The notes beneath the pieces were generated by a model. The model had not been told where the DNA came from and did not search any database. It saw nothing but the letters and a program-made list of their open reading frames with translations. Made by a program: the position numbers and the translations under genes. Below are positions 29,432-38,599 of a stretch of 64,000 nucleotides of DNA, piece after piece. Position 1 is the stretch's first letter, and every line of letters starts with the position of its first letter. The stretch spans positions 91,184-155,183 of the forward strand of contig SABY01000001.1 of assembly GCA_009928785.1 (NCBI GenBank), given 5' to 3'. The DNA is from Clostridia bacterium (GTDB taxonomy: Bacteria; Bacteroidota; Bacteroidia; Bacteroidales; 4484-276).

Positions 29432-29998
29432 CTAAAACCTGTCAGGGTTATTAATATTCTCCAGCACCGAGCTATGCTCCGACTCGATCGTGTTTCCCTG
29501 ATAGTTATCAAGAAACTCGCTGAAAGGAAGCTGCTGATCACCTATCCGCAAAATCTCTTTTTTAATATAAGATTGCAGCAACACCGGATGGCCGCCTTTG
29601 TCGCGATAGACTGGTTTTACAAAATCATAATCTTTCAGCGCACCCAGGAGCTGGTGAGGCAGCTCAGCGCTGATGGTGGGATTGTCGATATTGTGAATAA
29701 AAAAAGGGAAGTCATTTTCTAAAGCCTGGAGGCCGCATTGTATCGATCCAAACCTCCCACGTTCCGGATGTGGATTTATCACCAGCTTAATCTTTTCCGG
29801 CAAAGGCACCGGATAATCTTTCAGCCATTGCATTCCTTTTGCATTTATCACAACAATAATTTCCCTGCAACCTGCTGTTTCATAAAAATTTGCCAGATGC
29901 TGCAGAAATGTTTCACCATTGCTCAGTGGCAATCCCAGCTTGGGTTGTCCGGCGCGCACCGAAAATCCCGCAGCAAGTATAATTACAGAGCTTTCCAT
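29432..29998 (-). CDS. mocA: MobA-like NTP transferase, molybdenum cofactor cytidylyltransferase (YgfJ/MocA-like)
   Basis: IILAAGFSVRAGQPKLGLPL N-terminal nucleotide-binding motif. Divergent from ygfK. The C-terminal NPDRF is encoded by a repeat arm. Confidence 0.65.
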   Translation of the reverse strand: MESSVIILAAGFSVRAGQPKLGLPLSNGETFLQHLANFYETAGCREIIVVINAKGMQWLKDYPVPLPEKIKLVINPHPERGRFGSIQCGLQALENDFPFFIHNIDNPTISAELPHQLLGALKDYDFVKPVYRDKGGHPVLLQSYIKKEILRIGDQQLPFSEFLDNYQGNTIESEHSSVLENINNPDRF

Positions 29999-30072
29999 CA
30001 GAATGAAAATTTAGAATCATTTTGTATAGCAGCCAAAAGTAGCAAAATCAGCCATCGTTGCCACTTTTCGAC

Positions 30073-30080
30073 TAAATTTG
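30073..30080 (+). promoter_or_regulatory. Bacteroidota -7 promoter box for the ygfK operon
   Basis: taaatttg is an exact TAnnTTTG match 31 nt upstream of the ATG at 30111. The ORF-track TTG start (30078) lies inside the box. Confidence 0.5.
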
Positions 30081-30110
30081 ACGCTTCTATTTTTACGCAA
30101 CAATTCCTGC

Positions 30111-33100
30111 ATGACTGACAAATTCACATTATGGCCGCTCACTGATCTGCTTCAGCTTATCCTGCACCAGTACGCTAATGCCGGACATATTCTCGGGATT
30201 CCCGAAGCATTATTTTTTAAGCCCGATGGCAACGACGCTTTTCGGATGCCACGCTTTGGTCGGTTGCTCGAAACGCCCGTCGGAGTAGCTGCCGGGCCAC
30301 ATACACAATTGGCGCAAAATATTGTAGCCGCCTGGCTCACCGGTGCCCGTTTTATCGAACTGAAAACCATACAGACGCTCGATGAGTTGGAAGTGTCGAA
30401 GCCTTGCATTGATATGCAGGACGAAGGCTACAACTGCGAATGGTCGCAAGAGCTGAAAATTCACGAGTCGTTTGGCCAGTATCTCGATGCCTGGATATTG
30501 CTTCACATTCTTAATCACAAGCTGCATGGGGCAAAAGGGGAGGTGCCCGGTTTTATTTTTAATATGAGCGTGGGTTACGATTTTGCCGGCATCATGCAGC
30601 CCAACGTGCAGTGGTTTTTTGATAAAATGAAGGATGCCGGTGAAATGCTAAAGCAAAAAATTGAGGCTGTCCGGCCATGTTATCCACAGATCGATCAGTT
30701 AAAAATTAATCCGATGTTGTCGGATAATATCACGCTTTCGACCATGCACGGCTGCCCGCCCGACGAAATCGAAAAGATTGCGCAATATCTGATTAGCGAC
30801 CGTAAACTCCACACCGCCATCAAACTTAATCCGACATTGCTGGGCATGGAACAGGTGCAGGGCATTATGCAGCGCTCCGGCTTTGGTACGCAGGTTCCCG
30901 ACAGCGCTTTTGCTCACGACCTGAAATATGTGGATGCTGTGCCCATGATTCGTCGTTTGCAAAAGTTAACCGACGATCATCATCTTTGCTTTTCGCTAAA
31001 GCTCACCAATACGCTCGAAAGCGTCAACCACCGGAATGTTTTTGACGAAAGTCAAAATATGATGTACATGAGTGGCCGGCCATTGCACCCAATTGCCGTG
31101 CAACTGGCGCGCAAGCTGCAAATGGATTTTGATGGCAAACTGGATATTTCCTTTTGTGGTGGTGCCGACGCTTTTAATATCGCCGATCTTGTGAAGTCAG
31201 GAATGGCGCCGGTAACGGTTTGCACCGATCTTCTGAAACCAGGCGGCTATGGGCGCTTAGCGCAATATATCCACAACCTGCGGAAGCCCGACCTCTTTGT
31301 TTCTGATTTATCGGAATTTTCACATTTGAATCTTTATGCCGAAAAAGTCGGCAATGATCCGGCTTACCGCAATGAACAGTTGCTTCCACCCGATATAAAA
31401 ACGCGGCGGCCACTTGGCTTTTTCGATTGCATCAGCGCTCCGTGTCAGTCGGCCTGCCCCACAAGTCAGGATATTCCGGGCTACATGTATTTTACCGCAA
31501 ATCAGGATTTGACCACCGCCGCACGGATTATTCACAATACCAACCCTTTTCCGGATACTACCGGCGCCGTGTGCGATCATTTGTGCCAGTCCAAATGCAC
31601 ACGCATGCACTACGACAGTTCGGTGCTCATCCGTGAGGTGAAGCGGGTGGTGGCAGAGCATGCGCCTGTCGGAGCCTGGAAACCCGCGAACGCAAACCGT
31701 GCAAGTACTCCTCTGCGGGCAGCGATCATCGGCGCGGGTCCTTCGGGGCTTTCGTGCGCATGGTTTCTTCGGCTTGCCGGTTTCGATGTGGAAGTTTATG
31801 AAGCGCGCAACCTGCCCGGCGGAATGGTTTCCGGCGCAATTCCTGAATTTCGGCTCACTCCGCCCATGTTCGATGCCGACGTGCAGCGCATTATCGACGC
31901 CGGCGTAAAAGTGCATTTTAATACGCCAGTCGATCAAGCTCTGTTTGTAACTTTACGCACCCAAAATGACTTTGTTTATATCGCCGCGGGTGCACAGAAG
32001 TCGCGTTTGCTTAAGATTCCTGGAAATCCCGGCGAAAGTTTGCTCGACCCGTTACAGTTTTTATTTGATGTAAAATCGAATCACCCACAAAAATTCACCG
32101 GCGATGTGCTGATCATCGGCGGCGGCAATACCGCCATGGACGCTGCCCGCACCGCCTGGCGCCTCACCCGGCCGCCTGCGGTGGTGCGCATTGCCTATCG
32201 CCGCACCATTGCCGACATGCCTGCCGACCAGGGCGAGATTAAAGCCGTGCTGGAAGAAGGCATTCAAATCATCGAACAGGTGGCGCCGGTGGAATTTGTC
32301 ACCGACAACAGAGAATTACAATATGTTCGCTTTCGCAAAATGAAAGCCGGAAAGCCCGATGCCAGCGGTAGAGCTACTCCCGTGGAAGTTGCCGGCAGCG
32401 ATTTCATGGTTCCCGCAGCAATTGTAATTCCCGCCATCGGACAAGAAACCGACATCCCGTTTATCGCGTCATCGCAACTTCCTGCGCTTGGCAGTGGAAG
32501 TTACCAAACTGCCTTGCCGGGAGTTTTTGCAGGTGGCGACGCCATGCGCGGTGCATCTACAGCCATCAACGCTATCGCCGATGGGCGCAAAGCTGCCGCA
32601 GAGATTATAAATCTGGCAGCCATAAAAGTAAAATCTTTGAATGTGCCCCCCCGCAAGCCCTTGCCTTTTTTGCAACACATCGTCCATCGCACACAACGCA
32701 TCCACAGCGCCGTGGTTGAAGAGCTGCCAGTGGCGGAGCGGCGCAATTTTGCAGTGGTACAAAAACCACTCACGTTGCAGCAGGGCATTACGGAAGCCGC
32801 CCGCTGCCTGCGTTGCGATGAAGTTTGCAGCATCTGCACCACTGTGTGTCCCAACCTGGCATTGTTCACGTATCACATCCAACCGACCCATCAACTGACC
32901 ACGATTTATCATTTTCGAAAAGGAGAAATCATTGCAGACGCCGGGAATAAATTCATTGTAAATCAGCCGCATCAGATTTTGCACATCGCCGACTGGTGCA
33001 ATCAATGCGGCAACTGCACCACCTTTTGCCCCACAGCAGGAGCGCCATACCAGCAAAAGCCGCATCTTTATTTCGACGAAGAAAACTGGCGGGTAGCGGC

Positions 33101-33344
33101 CGATGGTTTCTTTTTTAATAAAGAAATTTTGAAATTTAAAAATGGGAAAAACGAAGCCGTTTTGCTAAAAAATGAGAAAGGCTATACTTTTGTACTTAAG
33201 GAGATGACCCTAAAGTTGAATGCTGATTTTGAATTAAAAGAAGTCATTACCGAAAAAAATGAAGATTTTGATATTGATATGGAATTGGCCAACCAGATGA
33301 GCATCATTTATCAGGGAGCAGCGTATTTTTTTGCTACCAATTAA
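30111..33344 (+). CDS. ygfK: YgfK-type putative oxidoreductase (so-called putative selenate reductase subunit YgfK)
   Basis: DHODH/DPD-like TIM-barrel N-terminal half, Fe-S motif CISAPCQSACP, GltD-like IIGAGPSGLSCAW and IIGGGNTAMD dinucleotide folds, and two C-terminal ferredoxin motifs (CLRCDEVCSICTTVCP, CNQCGNCTTFCP). Confidence 0.85.
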   Translation: MTDKFTLWPLTDLLQLILHQYANAGHILGIPEALFFKPDGNDAFRMPRFGRLLETPVGVAAGPHTQLAQNIVAAWLTGARFIELKTIQTLDELEVSKPCIDMQDEGYNCEWSQELKIHESFGQYLDAWILLHILNHKLHGAKGEVPGFIFNMSVGYDFAGIMQPNVQWFFDKMKDAGEMLKQKIEAVRPCYPQIDQLKINPMLSDNITLSTMHGCPPDEIEKIAQYLISDRKLHTAIKLNPTLLGMEQVQGIMQRSGFGTQVPDSAFAHDLKYVDAVPMIRRLQKLTDDHHLCFSLKLTNTLESVNHRNVFDESQNMMYMSGRPLHPIAVQLARKLQMDFDGKLDISFCGGADAFNIADLVKSGMAPVTVCTDLLKPGGYGRLAQYIHNLRKPDLFVSDLSEFSHLNLYAEKVGNDPAYRNEQLLPPDIKTRRPLGFFDCISAPCQSACPTSQDIPGYMYFTANQDLTTAARIIHNTNPFPDTTGAVCDHLCQSKCTRMHYDSSVLIREVKRVVAEHAPVGAWKPANANRASTPLRAAIIGAGPSGLSCAWFLRLAGFDVEVYEARNLPGGMVSGAIPEFRLTPPMFDADVQRIIDAGVKVHFNTPVDQALFVTLRTQNDFVYIAAGAQKSRLLKIPGNPGESLLDPLQFLFDVKSNHPQKFTGDVLIIGGGNTAMDAARTAWRLTRPPAVVRIAYRRTIADMPADQGEIKAVLEEGIQIIEQVAPVEFVTDNRELQYVRFRKMKAGKPDASGRATPVEVAGSDFMVPAAIVIPAIGQETDIPFIASSQLPALGSGSYQTALPGVFAGGDAMRGASTAINAIADGRKAAAEIINLAAIKVKSLNVPPRKPLPFLQHIVHRTQRIHSAVVEELPVAERRNFAVVQKPLTLQQGITEAARCLRCDEVCSICTTVCPNLALFTYHIQPTHQLTTIYHFRKGEIIADAGNKFIVNQPHQILHIADWCNQCGNCTTFCPTAGAPYQQKPHLYFDEENWRVAADGFFFNKEILKFKNGKNEAVLLKNEKGYTFVLKEMTLKLNADFELKEVITEKNEDFDIDMELANQMSIIYQGAAYFFATN

Positions 33345-33438
33345 TCACTAACCCCAGGATGTCCGGGGGTAAAATGATCACTAACCCCGGCCTTTAGGCC
33401 GGGGAATACCAAAAAGTATTGTTGGGCTGTAGCCCAAA
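33344..33438. repeat. REP-like palindromic element (ATCACTAACCCCGGCC-TTTA-GGCCGGGG ... TGGGCT-GTA-GCCCAAA), 1.5 copies
   Basis: Two ATCACTAACCCC heads. There is an 8-bp GC hairpin and a second gggct/agccc hairpin. The element starts on the ygfK stop codon. Confidence 0.8.
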
Positions 33439-33675
33439 TAAAATGATTGTTAGGATGAGTTCATGGAGAGATAATGATGCAAAAGCATTGCGGGCTAAAG
33501 CCCGCCGCTGTCTGACAATGCTTTCTTACCTCGGCGTGCTGGCTTGTGCGCTGGCGTCCTCTCCGTCGGCTGACGGAGGAGTTAGAGGGGGTCTGGCCCT
33601 GAAGAACAGGGTTATTAAAATGCTGCCGATGAGGCACACACAATAATTAATTTCAGCACAATTTTTTTTATAAAA

Positions 33676-36234
33676 ATGATCACATTCACATTAAATAACG
33701 AGAAGATAGCATACAACGGCGATACCGACGCCATGCTACTACCATTTTTGCGGGGACAACGGCAGCTTACAGCGCTCAAAGATGGTTGTTCGGGCGAAGG
33801 CAGTTGCGGAGCCTGCACCGTCGAGATCAACGGTCGCGCCCGCCTTGCTTGTACCACCCGCATGCGCAGCTTGCAGGATGCCGTTGTGCTTACCCCCGAA
33901 GGCTTTCCACCCGAAGTGCGCAAAGTTATTGCAACGGCTTTTGTGAACAAAGGCGCCGTGCAATGTGGATTTTGTACGCCGGGCTTTATTACACGCATCA
34001 AAGTGCTATTGCAGAATAATCCCGCTCCTTCCGTTGCCGAAATACAAAAGGCCATCCGTCCACATCTGTGTCGCTGCACGGGATACAAAAAAATAGAAGC
34101 AGCCGCTCTGCACGCTGCCGAAGTTTTACGCAATCATCAGCAGATCGAAATCACCACTACTTCCGGAAAAGTGGGGCAACCGCATCCCAAATACCAGGCT
34201 TACGAAGCAGCCACTGGTGCCAAAAAATTTGTAGATGATTTAAGTGTGGATGGAATGCTACATGCAGCCTTGCGCCTGAGCGATCACCCGCGGGCTAAGG
34301 TGCTAAAAATAGATAGTTCGGAAGCGGAAAAACGGCCTGGCGTCGTGCGTATTTTTACTGCTGCCGATGTGCCTGGTCAGCGCAGCATCGGTTTGATTTA
34401 CAACGACTGGCCGCTGATGATAGCTCCCGGCGAAACCACCCATTATATCGGCGACGTGCTGGCAGGGGTGGTTGCCCAAACCGTGGAAATAGCCCGGCAA
34501 GCTGCCGCGATGATCAAAATCGAATACGAGGTGCTCAATCCCATAACGGACGTGCTGCAGGCCGGCAATGCCGATCGGGTGCACGCGGAACGTCCCAATT
34601 GTTTTGAGATTACAAAAATTAAAACGGGTGATGCGGATACAGTTTTAAATCAATCGGCGTATCGGTCGTCCGGCACCTACCGCACGCAGCGCATCGAGCA
34701 CGCTTTTATGGAAAAGGAGTCGGCGTTGGCCATGCCCGACGGCGAGAAGGGTGTGATGGTTTACAGCCAAAGTCAGGGAATTTATGAAGACCAACGACAG
34801 ATAGCGCTGCTCCTGGGACTTCCGCGTGACCAGGTGCGGGTGGTTTTGGTTCCCAATGGCGGCGGCTTTGGCGGCAAAGAAGACCTCACGGTGCAGGGGC
34901 ACGCTGCCCTGTATGCATTTTTGCTGCGGCGACCGGTAAAGCTCACTTTGACGCGACAGGAGAGCATCCGGCTGCATCCCAAGCGTCATCCCGTGGTGAT
35001 GGATATAGAGGTGGGCGCCGATGCCAACGGGAAACTTACTGCCGTGAGGCTGCTGGCCACCGGCGACACAGGCGCTTACGCATCGGTGGGCATGAAAGTG
35101 ATGGAACGCGTGGCCGGTCATGCTACCGGTGGATATTTTGTTCCGGCAGTAAATATCGAAGCACGCACCGTTTATACCAACAACATTCCATCGGGAGCCA
35201 TGCGCGGCTTTGGCGCCAACCAGATTTGTTTTGCTCTCGAAAGCTGCATCGACGATATTTGCCGGCAGGCCAGTTTCGACAGGTGGCAGTTTCGTTGGGA
35301 CAACGCATTAGTGGATGGCCTCACCACTGCCACGGGACAAAAGGTTTTTGGCGTGGGAATCCGGCAGTCGCTGCTGGCTGTAAAACCGGATTATGATGCT
35401 GCGCAGCACAAAGGACTGGCTTGTGCCATCAAAAATTCGGGGGTAGGCAATGGCATGATTGACGAATCGAAAGTGATCGTTGAAATCATTTCTGAAAAGA
35501 AAGTAATCCTGAAACACGGCTGGACGGAGATGGGGCAGGGGGTGCACAACATGGCGCTGCAAACGCTTTGCGAGGAAACCGGAATCGATCCCGACATCAT
35601 CGAGGTGCAGGTGGACACCGAAGCACAAATTGCTACCGGCATGACCACCTCCTCGCGGGCCACAGCTTTGGTAGGCCGCGCGGTGATAGAGGCTGCCGAA
35701 ACGTTGAAAGCAGATTTAAAATCTAAATCTTTAAAAAATTTAGTAGGTAAAAAATACCGAGGCGCATTTGTCTGCGACTGGACTACCAAACCCGGCAGCG
35801 GCATCGCAAATCCCGTGATACATTATTCTTATGGCTACGCTGCACAACTTTGTGTGCTCGACGCCGAAGGAAACATTACCAAAATGGTGGCTGCGCACGA
35901 TGGCGGCAAGGTGATGAACCCGATGCTCTTTGAAGGGCAGATAGAAGGCGGCGTACACATGGGTTTGGGATATGCCCTCACCGAAAGTTTGCCCATGGAA
36001 AATGGTTTTTTGGTGAGTGATAAAATGCGCGATCTGAAAATCCTGCGGGCACACGAAACACCCGAAATCGTTGTAAAACCTGTGGAAGTTCCAGATGCCG
36101 TTGGACCATACGGCGCCAAGGGAATTGGTGAGATTGGGCTGGTGCCAACTGCGGCTGCCATCGCCAACGCCTTTACTGCTTTCGATGGCATCAGAAGATG
36201 GGAGCTGCCGCTGAAACCCGTTCAAAAAATATAA
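33676..36234 (+). CDS. Molybdenum hydroxylase of the xanthine dehydrogenase family with fused N-terminal 2x[2Fe-2S] domain (selenium-dependent Mo hydroxylase type by context)
   Basis: 852 aa. Contains CSGEGSCGACTV and QCGFCTPGFI...CRCTGY 2Fe-2S motifs, followed by the aldehyde oxidase/XDH Mo-binding a/b-hammerhead and MoCo domains (GGGFGGKE). No FAD subunit is adjacent. Confidence 0.85.
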   Translation: MITFTLNNEKIAYNGDTDAMLLPFLRGQRQLTALKDGCSGEGSCGACTVEINGRARLACTTRMRSLQDAVVLTPEGFPPEVRKVIATAFVNKGAVQCGFCTPGFITRIKVLLQNNPAPSVAEIQKAIRPHLCRCTGYKKIEAAALHAAEVLRNHQQIEITTTSGKVGQPHPKYQAYEAATGAKKFVDDLSVDGMLHAALRLSDHPRAKVLKIDSSEAEKRPGVVRIFTAADVPGQRSIGLIYNDWPLMIAPGETTHYIGDVLAGVVAQTVEIARQAAAMIKIEYEVLNPITDVLQAGNADRVHAERPNCFEITKIKTGDADTVLNQSAYRSSGTYRTQRIEHAFMEKESALAMPDGEKGVMVYSQSQGIYEDQRQIALLLGLPRDQVRVVLVPNGGGFGGKEDLTVQGHAALYAFLLRRPVKLTLTRQESIRLHPKRHPVVMDIEVGADANGKLTAVRLLATGDTGAYASVGMKVMERVAGHATGGYFVPAVNIEARTVYTNNIPSGAMRGFGANQICFALESCIDDICRQASFDRWQFRWDNALVDGLTTATGQKVFGVGIRQSLLAVKPDYDAAQHKGLACAIKNSGVGNGMIDESKVIVEIISEKKVILKHGWTEMGQGVHNMALQTLCEETGIDPDIIEVQVDTEAQIATGMTTSSRATALVGRAVIEAAETLKADLKSKSLKNLVGKKYRGAFVCDWTTKPGSGIANPVIHYSYGYAAQLCVLDAEGNITKMVAAHDGGKVMNPMLFEGQIEGGVHMGLGYALTESLPMENGFLVSDKMRDLKILRAHETPEIVVKPVEVPDAVGPYGAKGIGEIGLVPTAAAIANAFTAFDGIRRWELPLKPVQKI

Positions 36235-36254
36235 ATAATTTGATGTGATAGCGT

Positions 36255-36443
36255 ATCACTAACCCCCGCCTTTAGGCCGGGGACTAAAACGACATAAAAG
36301 ATAATGTGGGCTTTAGCCCAAAGCTATTGAGAGCAGTGTTTACTAACCCCGGTTTATTGGCCAGCGTCAATGATAGGGTGTAACCCCGGCCTTTAGGCCG
36401 GGGACTAAAACGACATAAAAGATAATATGGGCTTTAGCCCAAA
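36255..36443. repeat. REP-like palindromic element, two full copies plus one degenerate head
   Basis: 36255-36322 and 36380-36443 are near-identical (ccccggcctttaggccggggactaaaacgacataaaagataatRtgggctttagcccaaa). Confidence 0.85.
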
Positions 36444-36458
36444 AAGTTAGGAAATAAA

Positions 36459-37733
36459 ATGGATTTATTATTAAAAAACGCAACTTACGTCGATTGGCAC
36501 GACTTGTCGTTTCGGCAAACGCACCTGTTGGTAAAAGGCATCAACGCCAATCCGCAATTAACCATGATCGAAGCGCTGAGAAATGTACCTGCCGATGTGG
36601 AAACCATCGAGTGCCAGGGCATGTTGGTGATGCGGTCGTTTGCCATCGGGCATCACCATGTTTATTCGGCGCTTTCGCGTGGGATGGATGCTCCGCCGAA
36701 GACTCCTCAAAATTTTCATGAAAACCTGCAATACGTCTGGTGGCGGCTCGACAAGGCATTGGATCGCGATCTTATCCGCGCCAGCGCATTGGCAACGGCA
36801 ATGGCCTGTGCCAAAGCCGGCGTCACTTTCGTGATCGATCATCATGCGTCACCCAACGCCATCGCTGGTTCACTGGAGGTCATCGCCGAAGCTTTCGATC
36901 AGGTGGGTTTAGGGCATCTGTTGTGTTACGAAATCACCGACCGCGACGGTCTGAATAAAGCAGCAGCCGGTTTGCAGGAAACATCGGATTATCTTGCAAA
37001 GCATCAGGGATTGGTGGGGCTTCATGCATCTTTCAGCGTGGGCGACAAGACCATGGATCGCGCTGCCGAACTTATGCGGCAATTTAAGTCAGGCGTACAT
37101 ATTCATGTGGCCGAAGACCCGATAGATCAGAAGTTTTGCCTGGAGCATCACCAAAAAAGCGTGGTGCAACGCTTGTCGGATTTTGGGTTGCTGGAATCTT
37201 CCAAAACTATTCTTGCCCATTGCCTGCATCTGGATGAACACGAGAAAAAGCTGGTGCGCGAATCGCCGGCATGGGTAGTCGAAAATATCGAAAGCAACCT
37301 GAATAATAATGTTGGGTTTTTTGATGGAGAAAAATTAGGTGAGAATATTTTCTTTGGCACCGACGGCTTGCACAGCGAAATACTGCGCAGCGCGCAAACA
37401 GCCTATTTTGCCGGAAAACACAACGACCATCTCAGCATGGCCGGCGCCTGGCAACGATTGCGCTATGTCCACAAATATCTTAACCAGAATAATTTTACGG
37501 GCGACGGCGACAACAATCTGGTGGTGCTCGATTATGACGCGCCATCTGAAATCAATTCCGACAACTTTCTGGCACATTTTCTTTTTGGCTTCCGCGAGCG
37601 ACATGTGCGGCACGTTATCTCGAATGGCCGACTCATCGTGCGCGACAGGCAATTGCAAATGATCGATGAACAAGAGGTGCTAAAGTTTACACGCCAACAA
37701 TCGCTACGGCTCTGGGAGCGGATGGGGAAATAA
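36459..37733 (+). CDS. ssnA: SsnA-type putative aminohydrolase (amidohydrolase superfamily)
   Basis: 424 aa. Contains the metal-binding GHHHVYSAL and HVAEDPID. Positioned next to the Mo hydroxylase as in the E. coli ssnA-ygfK region. Confidence 0.8.
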   Translation: MDLLLKNATYVDWHDLSFRQTHLLVKGINANPQLTMIEALRNVPADVETIECQGMLVMRSFAIGHHHVYSALSRGMDAPPKTPQNFHENLQYVWWRLDKALDRDLIRASALATAMACAKAGVTFVIDHHASPNAIAGSLEVIAEAFDQVGLGHLLCYEITDRDGLNKAAAGLQETSDYLAKHQGLVGLHASFSVGDKTMDRAAELMRQFKSGVHIHVAEDPIDQKFCLEHHQKSVVQRLSDFGLLESSKTILAHCLHLDEHEKKLVRESPAWVVENIESNLNNNVGFFDGEKLGENIFFGTDGLHSEILRSAQTAYFAGKHNDHLSMAGAWQRLRYVHKYLNQNNFTGDGDNNLVVLDYDAPSEINSDNFLAHFLFGFRERHVRHVISNGRLIVRDRQLQMIDEQEVLKFTRQQSLRLWERMGK

Positions 37734-37735
37734 CA

Positions 37736-37812
37736 AATTCTAAGTTCCAAGTTCCAAATTCCAAGCTCCAAGCTCCAAATAAAATTCAAATTCCAAACCT
37801 CAAATCACCTTG
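37736..37812. repeat. About 10 tandem heptamers of the ttccaaR family, directly after the ssnA stop
   Basis: ttctaag ttccaag ttccaaa ttccaag ctccaag ctccaaa ...; followed at 37813-37880 by a partly complementary tttgaat/ttggaat tail. Confidence 0.85.
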
Positions 37813-37934
37813 CATTTTGAATCCTGAATTTTCGATATTGGAATTTATTCGATTTTTGTTTTTTGATTTTTGAGATTTAATAGCAATAGGGTTTGCTTTA
37901 TTATTAACAAGCACCAATCAACGATACTTTTTTT

Positions 37935-38561
37935 ATGGATTTTGATATTTTACAATACATAGGTTTTGCTGCCTCGATCATCATTGCACTGTCGATGACC
38001 ATGAACTCCATCCTGAAATTCAGATGGATCAACCTGGCGGGAGCAACCACCTTTTCTATTTATGGTTTCCTGATTGGCGCTTATCCGGTGGGATTGCTCA
38101 ACGCATTCATCGTTTCGGTGGATGTTTATTATCTGGTGCGGATTTATTCCCGAAAGAACTATTTTGATATTCTCGAAATTAAAAGTGACAATCGCTACCT
38201 GATGAAGTTTTTGGATTTTCATCAAAAGGAGATAGAGAAGTTTTTTCCGGGCTTCGTTTACAAGCCTGAGATGAATAGCATCAGCTTTTTTGTGCTCCGC
38301 GACACGCAGGTGGCCGGAATTTTTCTGGCGCATCGCTCCGGTACCGACACTATGAAAGTAGGCCTCGACTATGTGGTGCCCGAATACCGCGATTATCGCA
38401 ACGGAAAGTTTCTCTATACCGGTTTGCAGGAAAGCTTTGTGAGTGCCGGTTTTCGCCGTGCCATTGCCGAGAGTATTAGTCCGAAGCACGAAAAATATCT
38501 GCGCCGGGTAGGATTTGTAAAAGCAGCCGATGGCACATACGTGAAAAATTTCCCGCTGTAA
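37935..38561 (+). CDS. Hypothetical fusion protein: N-terminal 3-TM module plus a C-terminal acetyltransferase-like (GNAT-like) domain
   Basis: Residues 1-75 form three hydrophobic helices (YgjV-like). The C-terminal half has a beta-alpha pattern (VAGIFLAHR...GLDYVVPEYRDYRNGKFLY). The assignment is weak. Confidence 0.45.
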   Translation: MDFDILQYIGFAASIIIALSMTMNSILKFRWINLAGATTFSIYGFLIGAYPVGLLNAFIVSVDVYYLVRIYSRKNYFDILEIKSDNRYLMKFLDFHQKEIEKFFPGFVYKPEMNSISFFVLRDTQVAGIFLAHRSGTDTMKVGLDYVVPEYRDYRNGKFLYTGLQESFVSAGFRRAIAESISPKHEKYLRRVGFVKAADGTYVKNFPL

Positions 38562-38599
38562 CGCCGTTCATTTTGGGCATTTATTTATAAAAAACAAAA

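Noticed and set aside
29385-29450. Inverted repeat taaccctgacagg / cctgtcagggtta between the tricorn-like gene and mocA, considered as a distinct regulatory element
   Set aside because: It probably just serves as a shared terminator-like hairpin. One arm lies within the last codons (NPDRF) of the mocA-like gene. There is too little evidence to call it more than a common short palindromic repeat.
33439-33675. Calling the ygfK/hydroxylase spacer a Moco or purine riboswitch
   Set aside because: I could not align it to the conserved cores as I remember them (the CUCCGAGCC ... GGAAAGGAG framework of the Moco motif; the U-rich three-way junction of purine riboswitches). It is kept only as an unassigned structured spacer to be tested by cmsearch.
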